Both the position numbers and the translations under genes were made by a program. A DNA stretch of 58,050 nt, from contig JBAXXY010000002.1 in the NCBI GenBank assembly GCA_037127655.1, forward strand, positions 1 to 58,050. Direction: 5' to 3'. Positions within the stretch are counted from its first letter, which is position 1. Each line of letters opens with the position of its first letter. This DNA is from Lentisphaerota bacterium (GTDB taxonomy: Bacteria; Verrucomicrobiota; Lentisphaeria; Victivallales; GWF2-38-69). The notes under the pieces are model-generated. The model searched no databases. It worked only from the letters and a program-made list of their open reading frames with translations, and was not told the origin of the DNA. Positions 47,315-56,852 of this stretch are shown here, in pieces.

Positions 47315-47998
47315 ATGTCAAAATATATTTCCGCCTTTATAATTTCTGCTATGTGTCTTATATCTGTAGCAATAGCGTCTGACACAGAACAGATCCATTT
47401 TCTGGCGCTGGATATTCCACAGGATAGTGATGAATATATAGTGAAAAACTCTCAGGCTGAAATCCATCGCCTTATTGCTGACAAAGCCCCGGAATACTCT
47501 GATAAAATCATTTACCATACACCTGATAATATCCATATTAGTCTGATTCGTTTTAATGAAATTCCACCAACGCTTCTTAAAAAATATATCGAACTCTTCA
47601 AACAAGATGCCAATCAACTGCCCAATAAAAATATTGCAGATAAGCTCAGGCTGGCAAAACTGCATGTAACAAACACGGGTTTTATAGTTTATGAGTTCCC
47701 TGAACCAGTAAGTTTAACCAAATTTGTTAACCTTCTCATTAAAGATCTCAAGAAAAATAATTTGTATTACAAAGATTCAGACTTTCAGGAAGGCGGAAGG
47801 ATTTATCCACATTTCAGCGTAGCTTATTTTAACCCAAAAGATGTAAGTGTTGAGAAGATGCGAAAAATTCTTGACGGCAAAGTTCCTGCTCCTGAATGCA
47901 ATTCATTTGTTATTAACGGATTTTGCCTAAAGCACTCAGAAAAGCTCACTAAGCCCCTTACCTACAGCACCGTTTACACCTTTGGAAACGGGTTATAA
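47315..47998 (+). CDS. secreted 2H-phosphoesterase-like protein (two HxS/T motifs)
   Basis: Signal peptide. HISL and HFSV tetrapeptides lie about 105 residues apart in beta-strand-like contexts, as in LigT/cyclic phosphodiesterases. AGGAGG precedes the ATG at 47315. Confidence 0.45.
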   Translation: MSKYISAFIISAMCLISVAIASDTEQIHFLALDIPQDSDEYIVKNSQAEIHRLIADKAPEYSDKIIYHTPDNIHISLIRFNEIPPTLLKKYIELFKQDANQLPNKNIADKLRLAKLHVTNTGFIVYEFPEPVSLTKFVNLLIKDLKKNNLYYKDSDFQEGGRIYPHFSVAYFNPKDVSVEKMRKILDGKVPAPECNSFVINGFCLKHSEKLTKPLTYSTVYTFGNGL

Positions 47999-48164
47999 AA
48001 TAACTAAGCATGTCCCTCCATTTAGAAAATAGAGACCCTGCCTTATTTTTAAAAAAAATTCTGACAAGAAATTTATAGAATTTCCATAGAGACTGGTTGA
48101 AGTTTAGACTAAACTCTACAAAACCAACGCAACATCAAATAAATACTTTTAAAAGGATATAACC

Positions 48165-49574
48165 ATGGGTCGCGGTAAAAAAATCGGGATGATAGGCCTC
48201 GTTATGATTAACCTCATAGCTATTGACAGTTTGAGGAATATCCCGATAACAGCCCCGGCCGGGTTGAAGATTGTTTTCTTTTATCTTATCGGCGCTCTTT
48301 GCTTCTTTCTGCCGTGCGCGCTAGCTACAGCCGAACTCTCAACCAGATGGCCGAAAAATGGCGGTATCTCGTGCTGGATTGAGGAAGCTTTCGGTAAAAC
48401 TACCAGTTTCTTCGTCGTCTGGATGCAGTGGATTTACAATTTGATATGGTTCCCTTCCATTACCGCATTTGCGGCTACTCAACTTGCATACGCGATTGGC
48501 TCGGTTTCGGGTGTGGATTCTCTCGGGTTATCAAATAATGCCATATATGTAACGGTTGTCTCCCTTGCGACATTCTGGATAGCCACCATCCTTAATTTCA
48601 GGAGCATGAAAACTGTCGAAAGAGTTAGCACTTTCGGAGCATTATTCGGAACATTAGGCCCTATGCTTCTTGTTACCTTGCTAGGCATTATATGGTGGGT
48701 TTCCGGACATCATATGCACATAATTTATAAAGATAGCGACATAACAGGATGGAATTCACTTGGATTGACCATTGTAGTTTTGTTTAGTTTGATGGGCATA
48801 GAAATGGCTTCATCTCATGCCGGCTCAGTCAGGAAACCACTAAGAGATTTCCCAAAAGCCCTTTGGATAACAGTGCTTCTAATTCCTATATCGCTTGTCC
48901 TGGCCAACCTTGCAATAGGCATAGTTGTTCCTGCTACTGAAATAGACAACAGAGCGGGGCTCATGCAGTCATTTGAAGTCTTTTTCAGGGCGTTTCATAT
49001 CCCATGGATGGATACGATAATGGCGCTCTGTCTTTTCGTTGGGGCATTCACAGGAATCGCGGCATGGGCTTTCGGGCTTTCAAGATATCTTAAAACTATT
49101 TCAGATAACGGATTTATGCCTAAAATACTCGGCGAATTAAATAAAGAAGAAATACCTCAGAATGCCATGATCTTTCAGGCTTTCATCGTTTCAGCAATCT
49201 GCCTGATTTATCTCTGGATGCCCAGCATTCAGTCCGCTTACTGGTTCCTAAGCGACCTTACCGCCCAGCTCGCATTGATGGCTTATGTAATTTTCTTTAT
49301 AGCCGCAATAAAACTCAGACTGACAAGAAAGTGGAAACCTGAGAAGACTTACTCTTTAAAAAATAGGTATGTAAGCGTGGCAATCTACGCCGTAGGAATA
49401 GTAACCTGCTTTGTAGGGATGGGGATGGGTTTTGTTCTTCCAAGCAGCAGTTTAATTTCGATAAAAACCTTTGATGCCATGCTTATATCAGGCATAATTA
49501 TAAGCTTACTGATTCCTGCCATAGTTATCTTCTTCAAAAAAAACACCGTCTTAAACACGCTCAAAAAGAAATAA
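48165..49574 (+). CDS. APC-superfamily amino acid permease/antiporter
   Basis: 12-TM protein with an N-terminal pattern (LVMINLIAIDSLRNIPITAPAG, ATAELSTRWPKNGG) typical of the glutamate:GABA antiporter / YjeM group. Confidence 0.75.
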   Translation: MGRGKKIGMIGLVMINLIAIDSLRNIPITAPAGLKIVFFYLIGALCFFLPCALATAELSTRWPKNGGISCWIEEAFGKTTSFFVVWMQWIYNLIWFPSITAFAATQLAYAIGSVSGVDSLGLSNNAIYVTVVSLATFWIATILNFRSMKTVERVSTFGALFGTLGPMLLVTLLGIIWWVSGHHMHIIYKDSDITGWNSLGLTIVVLFSLMGIEMASSHAGSVRKPLRDFPKALWITVLLIPISLVLANLAIGIVVPATEIDNRAGLMQSFEVFFRAFHIPWMDTIMALCLFVGAFTGIAAWAFGLSRYLKTISDNGFMPKILGELNKEEIPQNAMIFQAFIVSAICLIYLWMPSIQSAYWFLSDLTAQLALMAYVIFFIAAIKLRLTRKWKPEKTYSLKNRYVSVAIYAVGIVTCFVGMGMGFVLPSSSLISIKTFDAMLISGIIISLLIPAIVIFFKKNTVLNTLKKK

Positions 49575-49629
49575 TTTTTTAGACGCCATTCCTCAATAAT
49601 GATGATATATCCTGCTTTTAAAATTGTGA

Positions 49630-49658
49630 TTGACTTTTAAAATCAGTTGCACTAGAAT
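49630..49658 (+). promoter_or_regulatory. sigma70-like promoter (TTGACT-N17-TAGAAT)
   Basis: Near-consensus hexamers 20 nt upstream of the 49679 ATG (GGAGG Shine-Dalgarno). Overlapped by a CTTTTAAAAT direct repeat. Confidence 0.5.
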
Positions 49659-49678
49659 GGCCCTAATGGAGGTTTGTC

Positions 49679-51184
49679 ATGGACGAGTTATTGCGACTGG
49701 AAAACATCAGCAAAACCTTTCCTGGTGTATGCGCGCTTAAAAATGTTTCTTTTACGCTAAGAAAGGGGGAAGTCCATGCCCTGCTTGGCGAAAACGGCGC
49801 AGGGAAATCCACTTTCATAAAAATAGTGTCAGGAGCGCAGCTTCCTGACAAGAAAACCGATAATGTCTTCCTGATTAACGGAAGCCCTGCAAATATACAT
49901 ACACCTCATCAGGCTATTAAGATCGGGATTTCCACTGTCTATCAGGAACTCAATCTATGCCCTCACCTGAGCGTAGCTGAAAATATTTTTCTCAATAGAG
50001 AAGTATTATCTTTTCCGAGACGGGTAAACTATAAAAAAATGTATGAGGAGACCACAAAATTACTAGATTATCTGCAAGTCAACATAAACCCAAGAACCCG
50101 CGTAAAAGACCTGCCTGTATCCAAACAACAGATCATCGAAATCGCCAAAGCCCTTTCATACAATGCAACTATCCTGATAATGGACGAACCGACTTCCTCA
50201 TTGTCTGAAAATGAAGTTGCAGACCTTCACAGGATAATCCTTCAACTCAAAAAAGAAGGAAAGGGCATAATCTACATCTCTCACAAACTTGAGGAGTTGA
50301 ACAAAATCGTTGACAGGATAACCGTATTTCGTGACGGAGAGTATATAGTCACAGCAGATTTCAATTCCATCACCCTTGATGAAATTATAAAACACATGGT
50401 AGGAAGAAGCGTTGATGAGAAATACCCTAAACTTCATCTCGAACCTTCAGCGGATGCGTTATTTTCTGTAAGAAACCTTTCAAACCCGTCGATGTTTAAA
50501 GATCTCTCTTTTGACCTTTACAAAGGAGAGATATTAGGTTTTGCTGGGCTTGTCGGCGCCGGTAGAACAGAGTTCGCCAAGACAGTGTTCGGAGCATTCG
50601 GTTCCGGCTACAAAGGCGAAATATTTATAAACGGCAAACCAATAAAAGTTTCCACTCCTTCAGATGCCATCAGCCATGGCCTGGTTTATATCCCTGAAGA
50701 CAGAAAGCACGAAGGTCTGGCGCTGGGAATGACCATTGAACAGAATCTCACCATCCCAAACACCAGGAAATTGTCCAATGTTCTTGGGATACTTCGCAAA
50801 AATGCCATGCGGGACTATGCTAAGAACATCAGTAATACACTGAAGATTAAAACTCCGTCGATAAAACAGCTGGTTAAGAACCTCTCAGGCGGAAACCAGC
50901 AGAAAGTAGTTATCGGCAAATGGATCGCAAGAAAACCTTTCGTCATGATCTTTGACGAACCTACAAGAGGCGTGGATGTAAATGCCAAAGTTGAAATCTA
51001 TAAAATACTTAATAACCTCAAAGAACAGGGTATCGGAGTAATAATGATCTCCTCTGACCTGCCTGAGCTGCTCGGAATGACCGACAGACTGGCTGTAATG
51101 CGAAGAGGAAAACTCATTAAGATATTAAAAACAAAAGAGACAAACCAGGAAGAAGTAATCACATACGCAGCTGTAGAAAAGTAA
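49679..51184 (+). CDS. sugar ABC transporter ATP-binding protein, tandem ABC domains (CUT2, RbsA/MglA-like)
   Basis: Walker A GENGAGKST, signature LSGGNQQK in the second half, 501 aa. Confidence 0.9.
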   Translation: MDELLRLENISKTFPGVCALKNVSFTLRKGEVHALLGENGAGKSTFIKIVSGAQLPDKKTDNVFLINGSPANIHTPHQAIKIGISTVYQELNLCPHLSVAENIFLNREVLSFPRRVNYKKMYEETTKLLDYLQVNINPRTRVKDLPVSKQQIIEIAKALSYNATILIMDEPTSSLSENEVADLHRIILQLKKEGKGIIYISHKLEELNKIVDRITVFRDGEYIVTADFNSITLDEIIKHMVGRSVDEKYPKLHLEPSADALFSVRNLSNPSMFKDLSFDLYKGEILGFAGLVGAGRTEFAKTVFGAFGSGYKGEIFINGKPIKVSTPSDAISHGLVYIPEDRKHEGLALGMTIEQNLTIPNTRKLSNVLGILRKNAMRDYAKNISNTLKIKTPSIKQLVKNLSGGNQQKVVIGKWIARKPFVMIFDEPTRGVDVNAKVEIYKILNNLKEQGIGVIMISSDLPELLGMTDRLAVMRRGKLIKILKTKETNQEEVITYAAVEK

Positions 51185-51199
51185 AATAAGGAGAGTTGA

Positions 51200-52159
51200 A
51201 TGAACTATTATAAAAAATTCCGCGAAAGCGTTTCAAGTGAGACATTTCAGATAATATCCATAGCAAGCGGACTGATCATAATGGGAATCTTCTTCACATG
51301 CAGTTCGCCGTACTTTTTCAATGTTGACAACCTGCTCAATGTCGCTCTCCAGACTTCCATTATTGCCATTATAGCTATCGGTCAGACCTATGTGATAATA
51401 ACTGGAGGGATAGACCTCTCCATAGGTTCAATTATGGCGCTTTCGGGAGTAATAAGCGCCTTGTGCATGAATGCAGGAATTGATGTGGGCACTTCAATGG
51501 TTCTGGGAATTCTAGCAGGCTGCGCAATAGGCGCGCTGAACGGCGTATTGATTGTGTTTGGCAGGCTGCCTCCTTTCATCGCCACTCTGGGGACTATGAG
51601 CATCGCTCGAGGCATTGCCCTGCTGATAACAAACGGCATACCTATTTCCGGACTTCCAGACTCATTTGGATTCTTCGGCAATGATTCTGTACTGGGGATT
51701 CCTTTCCCTGTAATTTTAATGATTGTCCTGACAATGATCTTCGGCTACATTCTCAAAAACACGCGGCTCGGGATTCACACATATGCCTGCGGGAGCAACC
51801 TTGAAGCTGCCAGGCTTTCCGGCATCAATACAAAACTGACTATATTCATAATTTATATTTCTTCAGCTTTCCTGGCTTCCATTGCAGGCCTCATTTTCGC
51901 ATCCAGAATCGTTTCAGGCCAGCCCAGCGCAGGAGCAGGCTACGAACTTTACTCGGTAGCCTCATCAGTAATTGGCGGAACAAATCTGATGGGTGGTGAA
52001 GGAATGGTTACAGGCGCGCTGCTTGGAGCGCTGGTCATCGGCGTTCTCCGCAATGGTTTAAATCTTCTTGGCATTTCAGCTTTCACTCAGGAAGTGCTGA
52101 TCGGAGTAGTCATTATTCTTGCAGTTTATGCAGATAGGATAAAACATCGTAGAAACTAA
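51200..52159 (+). CDS. sugar ABC transporter permease (RbsC-like)
   Basis: About 10-TM BPD_transp_2-type permease (GGIDLSIGS motif). Confidence 0.9.
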   Translation: MNYYKKFRESVSSETFQIISIASGLIIMGIFFTCSSPYFFNVDNLLNVALQTSIIAIIAIGQTYVIITGGIDLSIGSIMALSGVISALCMNAGIDVGTSMVLGILAGCAIGALNGVLIVFGRLPPFIATLGTMSIARGIALLITNGIPISGLPDSFGFFGNDSVLGIPFPVILMIVLTMIFGYILKNTRLGIHTYACGSNLEAARLSGINTKLTIFIIYISSAFLASIAGLIFASRIVSGQPSAGAGYELYSVASSVIGGTNLMGGEGMVTGALLGALVIGVLRNGLNLLGISAFTQEVLIGVVIILAVYADRIKHRRN

Positions 52160-52175
52160 AAAGGGAGGTTACAAA

Positions 52176-53108
52176 ATGAAGGGGTTCTTAAAATCAACGC
52201 TCTTAATTATGGCATTTTTTGCGCTGGCTTTTTCAGTCTCAGCCAAAGAGCTGAAATTCGTCCTTATAACTATGGACTCAATGGATGAACATTGGTTATC
52301 GGTAAAGGCAGGCGCCGAAGCCAAAGCCAAGGAACTCGGAATCAAGCTTTCGTTCAATGCACCCTCGGGAAAAGTAGACCCCAACGAACAGACCCGCATG
52401 GTTGAAGACGCCATCACAAAAAGAGTTGACGCTATTCTGATTGCCCCTTCAGATGCAGCAGCATTATCACCCGTGGTTAACAGAGCTATCAAAGCCAAGA
52501 TTCCCGTTGTCGTTATAGACTCCCCTGTTAACTCCAAAGGATGTCTGACTTTCCTTGCCACTGACAACTACAAAGCAGCTCAGCTTGCGGCAGATGAACT
52601 TGCAAAACTTATCAACAACAAAGGCAAAGTTGCCATTGTCAATGCACAGGCAGGCTCAGGCACGACAGTTCTCAGAGTTAACGGTTTTGTCGATAGAATC
52701 AAAACAAATTACCCTGATATAAAAATTGTCTCGACTCAATACTGCAACGGCGATAAGATGCTGGCTCTCAGCCAGGCCATGGACATTATGACTGCAAATC
52801 CTGACCTCGCAGGCTTCTATACATCCAATGAAGGTTCCACCGTCGGTGTAGCAAGAGCTATTCAAGAAAAAGGCAAAAGCAGAAAGATCATACTTGTCGG
52901 TTTCGACAAATCAGTTGACATCATTAAAGGGATTGAAAACCACAGCATAGAAGCAGTAATGGCTCAGGATCCGTATAAAATGGGTTATGACGGGGTAGCT
53001 GCAGCCTATGACTTCATAACTTCCGGCAAAAAACCAGCCGAAAAAGTTGACACCGGAGTCAAAGTCATAACTATAGATAATGTTTCAGAAATAAAAAAGA
53101 AAAACTAA
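52176..53108 (+). CDS. periplasmic sugar-binding protein (RbsB-like, Peripla_BP_4)
   Basis: Signal peptide. The pattern KFVLITMDSMDEHW...VDAILIAPSD...IPVVVIDS is typical of ribose/galactose-type binding proteins. Confidence 0.85.
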   Translation: MKGFLKSTLLIMAFFALAFSVSAKELKFVLITMDSMDEHWLSVKAGAEAKAKELGIKLSFNAPSGKVDPNEQTRMVEDAITKRVDAILIAPSDAAALSPVVNRAIKAKIPVVVIDSPVNSKGCLTFLATDNYKAAQLAADELAKLINNKGKVAIVNAQAGSGTTVLRVNGFVDRIKTNYPDIKIVSTQYCNGDKMLALSQAMDIMTANPDLAGFYTSNEGSTVGVARAIQEKGKSRKIILVGFDKSVDIIKGIENHSIEAVMAQDPYKMGYDGVAAAYDFITSGKKPAEKVDTGVKVITIDNVSEIKKKN

Positions 53109-53140
53109 ACTCTTCTGTACAGCAAAATATGAGGCGGTAA

Positions 53141-55048
53141 ATGTATAAGATTGATGTAAATGGTATTCTGGGAAAAATAGTCGATGCAAGGATTGGCGTC
53201 ATAGGCGATTTTTGCCTAGATGTCTATTGGAACATTGATAAAAGCAAGTCGGAAATCTCAATAGAGACAGGGCTGATGACAAAACCCGTTGCCACTCAGA
53301 ATTACAGTCTTGGCGGCGCGGGGAATGTTGCCAACAATCTGAAAGCTATGGGAGTCGGTAATGTAAAGTGTTTCGGTGTTACCGGGCAAGATCCTTTCGG
53401 ATATCAAATGAGGGCTCTGATGAATGACCTGAACATCAATCATGCCGGCCTTGTCGAACAGAAAGAATCATGGAACACTCATGTCTATATAAAACCGATC
53501 GAGGAAGGCGGCGAACTGAGCCGGATTGACTTTGGATGCAAGAATTCAATTTCCGATGAGACGGCTTCAAATCTGCTGGGCAAACTCGCAACTGAAGTTA
53601 AAAACCTTGATGCTGTCATAATAAACCAGCAGGTTACAGAAGGCATTCACAATTCAAAAACTTTCCAGAAAGGTTTGCAGGAAGTTATAAATGCCAACCC
53701 CGACAAACTCTTCTTTCTGGATAGCAGAAACTGCGCAGAACTTTACGGCAATACCATAAGAAAGATCAACTCTTATGAAGCGCTAAAACTCTGCAATATA
53801 GCGTGCGAACCTGACGATGTAGTAGCCGAGAAAGACGCGATTGAATCAGCAAAGAAACTCCAGTCAAAATGGCATAAAACCCTATTCGTTACACGCGGAC
53901 CCAGAGGCTGCATTGTCCTGGATGAAAAAGGGGTAAACATTATTCCAGGTCTTCACATAACTTCAAAAACAGATACCGTAGGTGCTGGAGACAGTATGCT
54001 TTCTGGCATAGCGGGAGCTATGGCAAGCAGTTATGACCCTGTTACGGCTGCGGCTTTCGGCAATTTTGTGGCCGGAGTGACTGTCCAGAAGCTCTATCAG
54101 ACCGGCACAGCTTCTCCTCATGAAATAAAAAAAATAGGTTCAGAACCCGATTACATCTTCAAGCCTGAAAAAGCAGATGACATCCGCTCGGCAGTCTATT
54201 TCAAAGACTCTGAAATTGAACTTGTCAGAGAACCTCTGGAAATCGAAAAAATATCCCATGCCATATTTGACCATGACGGGACTATTTCCGTCCTTAGAGA
54301 AGGCTGGGAAAAAATAATGGAACCCATGATGCTCAAAGCCATTATGGGCCCGGTTTATTCGACCGCCGACGAATCTACTTACCACAAAGTTCTTAACCGT
54401 GCTCGCAAGTTTATCGACGCTACAACGGGTGTCCAGACTCTCGTTCAGATGCAGGGGCTTGTGGAACTTGTCAGGGAATTCGGTTTCACTCCGAAAGAAG
54501 AAATACTCGATGAATTCGGGTACAAGGCCATCTACAATGAAGCTCTTCTTGAACTCGTTAAAAAGAGGATTGAAAAGTTAAGGAGAGGTGAGCTTTCCAT
54601 TGACGACTTTGCTATAAAAGGAGTTGTTCCATTCCTTCAAAGGCTTCACAAAACAGGCATCAAACTGTATATGGCAAGCGGTTCTGATGAGAATGATGTT
54701 ATAGAAGAAGCCAAAGCTCTGGGTTATGCTGACCTTTTTGAAGGCAGAATCTACGGAGCTATCGGAGATGCTGCAAAAGAAGCAAAGAAAATTGTTATGG
54801 ATAGGATAGTTAATGATATTGGAACAAAAAATGCCAGAAAGATTGCCGCTTTCGGCGACGGTCCCGTCGAAATCAGGGAGATCAATAAGCGCGGCGGAAT
54901 AGCAGTCGGGATAGCAAGCGACGAAGTAAGGCGTTTCGGGCTGAATCAATCCAAACGAAGCCGATTGATCCGTGCCGGCGCGGATATCATTATCCCTGAT
55001 TACTCGCAGTCGAAAATCCTTTTTGAAATACTAAAAATCCAAGGATAA
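53141..55048 (+). CDS. fusion protein: HldE-domain-I-like PfkB sugar(-phosphate) kinase plus HAD-superfamily phosphatase/mutase domain
   Basis: N-terminal half has GVIGDFCLDVYW, GGAGNVANNL and DTVGAGDS, as in the RfaE/HldE kinase domain. C-terminal half has IFDHDGTIS (DxDGT), MASGSDE and FGDGPVE HAD motifs. Confidence 0.7.
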   Translation: MYKIDVNGILGKIVDARIGVIGDFCLDVYWNIDKSKSEISIETGLMTKPVATQNYSLGGAGNVANNLKAMGVGNVKCFGVTGQDPFGYQMRALMNDLNINHAGLVEQKESWNTHVYIKPIEEGGELSRIDFGCKNSISDETASNLLGKLATEVKNLDAVIINQQVTEGIHNSKTFQKGLQEVINANPDKLFFLDSRNCAELYGNTIRKINSYEALKLCNIACEPDDVVAEKDAIESAKKLQSKWHKTLFVTRGPRGCIVLDEKGVNIIPGLHITSKTDTVGAGDSMLSGIAGAMASSYDPVTAAAFGNFVAGVTVQKLYQTGTASPHEIKKIGSEPDYIFKPEKADDIRSAVYFKDSEIELVREPLEIEKISHAIFDHDGTISVLREGWEKIMEPMMLKAIMGPVYSTADESTYHKVLNRARKFIDATTGVQTLVQMQGLVELVREFGFTPKEEILDEFGYKAIYNEALLELVKKRIEKLRRGELSIDDFAIKGVVPFLQRLHKTGIKLYMASGSDENDVIEEAKALGYADLFEGRIYGAIGDAAKEAKKIVMDRIVNDIGTKNARKIAAFGDGPVEIREINKRGGIAVGIASDEVRRFGLNQSKRSRLIRAGADIIIPDYSQSKILFEILKIQG

Positions 55049-55059
55049 ATGAGGAAATT

Positions 55060-56160
55060 ATGCCCTTCCCTAAAATCAATAGAGACAATCTAAACATAAA
55101 GCCGCTTAAAGCCAGATACAGTAAAGTAAATATCGAAAGAGACCATCTGACCGTTGAATCCAAAACAAAAGTATTTTCTCCTAACTCAGAAGCAACCATC
55201 GCTGAAACTGCCGTCAGAATGCTCGAGGCAAGAAAAAACGAGAAGTCAGTTATGCTCGCATTCGGGGCTCATTCTATAAAAAATGGCCTTTCACCTGTTC
55301 TTATCAAGTTCATTGAAGATGGATGGATCACACATCTAGCTACAAATGGAGCAGGAATCATCCACGACTGGGAGTTTGCATATCTCGGAAACACGAGCGA
55401 GGATGTCAAAGGGAATGTAAAAAACGGCGAATTCGGGATATGGCAGGAAACTGGATATTATATAAATCTGGCTATTATCGTAGGCGCTTATGAGGGATTG
55501 GGATATGGTGAGTCAATAGGGGCTATGATTCAGAATGAATGCCTCAATATTCCATCAGTAGAGGAACTCGAGGATACTATTAAGGACACATCCAATCTCG
55601 AAAAATCTGCATCCGCGGCTGACCTGCTTTACACTATCAAGAAGTTTTCCATCAAGTCAGGAAGACTGGACATCCCCCACCCCTATAAAAAATACAGCAT
55701 TCAAGCAGCAGCTTATCGGTTGAGAGTTCCCTTCACAGGTCATCCGATGATAGGACATGACATCATTTACAATCATCCTGTCAATCATGGCGGAGCAATC
55801 GGCAGAGCGGCACTAAGGGATTTTCTTGTTTATGCTAATCAAGTCTCAAACTTGGATGGCGGAGTCTATCTCTCTGTGGGGTCAGCAGTAATGTCGCCAA
55901 TGATTTTTGAAAAATCTCTCTCCATGGCTCAAAACCTGAAAATTCAAGAAGGCAAACACATTGATGGTCACTTCATATTGGTGGTTGATCTGGCTGAAAG
56001 CACATGGGACTGGAGCAAAGACGGCGAACCTCCGATGGATAATCCTGCATACTATTTAAGGTACTGCAAGACATTCAATAGGATGGGTGGGCAAATGAAA
56101 TACCTCTCAGCCGACAACCGCGACTTCCTGATCCACCTATACCATAAATTGAAAAACTAA
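55060..56160 (+). CDS. conserved hypothetical protein (weak deoxyhypusine-synthase-like pattern)
   Basis: Long ORF with good coding appearance. GAHSIKNGLSPVLIKFIEDGWITHLATNGAGIIHDWE loosely resembles the DHS-like Rossmann core. No firm family assignment is possible by eye. Confidence 0.4.
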   Translation: MPFPKINRDNLNIKPLKARYSKVNIERDHLTVESKTKVFSPNSEATIAETAVRMLEARKNEKSVMLAFGAHSIKNGLSPVLIKFIEDGWITHLATNGAGIIHDWEFAYLGNTSEDVKGNVKNGEFGIWQETGYYINLAIIVGAYEGLGYGESIGAMIQNECLNIPSVEELEDTIKDTSNLEKSASAADLLYTIKKFSIKSGRLDIPHPYKKYSIQAAAYRLRVPFTGHPMIGHDIIYNHPVNHGGAIGRAALRDFLVYANQVSNLDGGVYLSVGSAVMSPMIFEKSLSMAQNLKIQEGKHIDGHFILVVDLAESTWDWSKDGEPPMDNPAYYLRYCKTFNRMGGQMKYLSADNRDFLIHLYHKLKN

Positions 56161-56852
56161 AATGATAGATTCTGCAATTTGATTTTATAGTCGGATGCGA
56201 GGAAGTATATCGGGGGTTGGTCCTCTTCGATTTTTGGAAATCGTCCAACTGCTTCGAGAAAACAGTTATCGCTTGAATCATCATTTATCATCGAAACCTC
56301 ACCCACAAGGACATTGCCTTTGCCTTCTTCCCCATAGAATCTGTGATATAAGCCTTGTGTAAGGCAAATGCTTTCACCGGGTTCTATTTTGACTTTCGAG
56401 CCGGCTTTGAGAGTTTTTCTGTGCCCATCAATGGAGACTGTAATATCAGAGTTTACCAAACTGTTATCCTTATCTGAATTAAAGAGTTCTATTATAAGGT
56501 TTCCTCCTCCTCTATTAATGATGTCTTCCATTTTATGCCAATGAAAGTGCATAGGCGTGATCTGCTTTTCTCTGACCATCATTATTTTTTCTGCGTAGGG
56601 TTTTGAGTAGTGTCGATTTTTTATATCTCCATTACGCAAAGTAAAGAGAAGAAGACCAGTTTTGGAAAAATCACCTAAACCAAAATCAGTAATATCCCAG
56701 CCTAGATTAAGATCGAAAATCTCCTTTGTTTCCTTAATATTCTTTCTCCAGTCCTTGATAGAGTAAAAAGCAAAAGGAGGAAGTTTGAACTTCATAAAGC
56801 TAAAAAAATCTACAGCATTATTGATTGTCGTATTAACTTCTGACCGCCTCAT
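56157..56852 (-). CDS. D-lyxose/D-mannose ketol-isomerase (cupin)
   Basis: Collinear with the E. coli O157 D-lyxose isomerase as I recall it: LGWDITDFG, LLLFTLRNG, YAEKIMMVRE, TPMHFHW, EDIINRGGGNLIIEL and VLVGEVS. Confidence 0.85.
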   Translation of the reverse strand: MRRSEVNTTINNAVDFFSFMKFKLPPFAFYSIKDWRKNIKETKEIFDLNLGWDITDFGLGDFSKTGLLLFTLRNGDIKNRHYSKPYAEKIMMVREKQITPMHFHWHKMEDIINRGGGNLIIELFNSDKDNSLVNSDITVSIDGHRKTLKAGSKVKIEPGESICLTQGLYHRFYGEEGKGNVLVGEVSMINDDSSDNCFLEAVGRFPKIEEDQPPIYFLASDYKIKLQNLSF

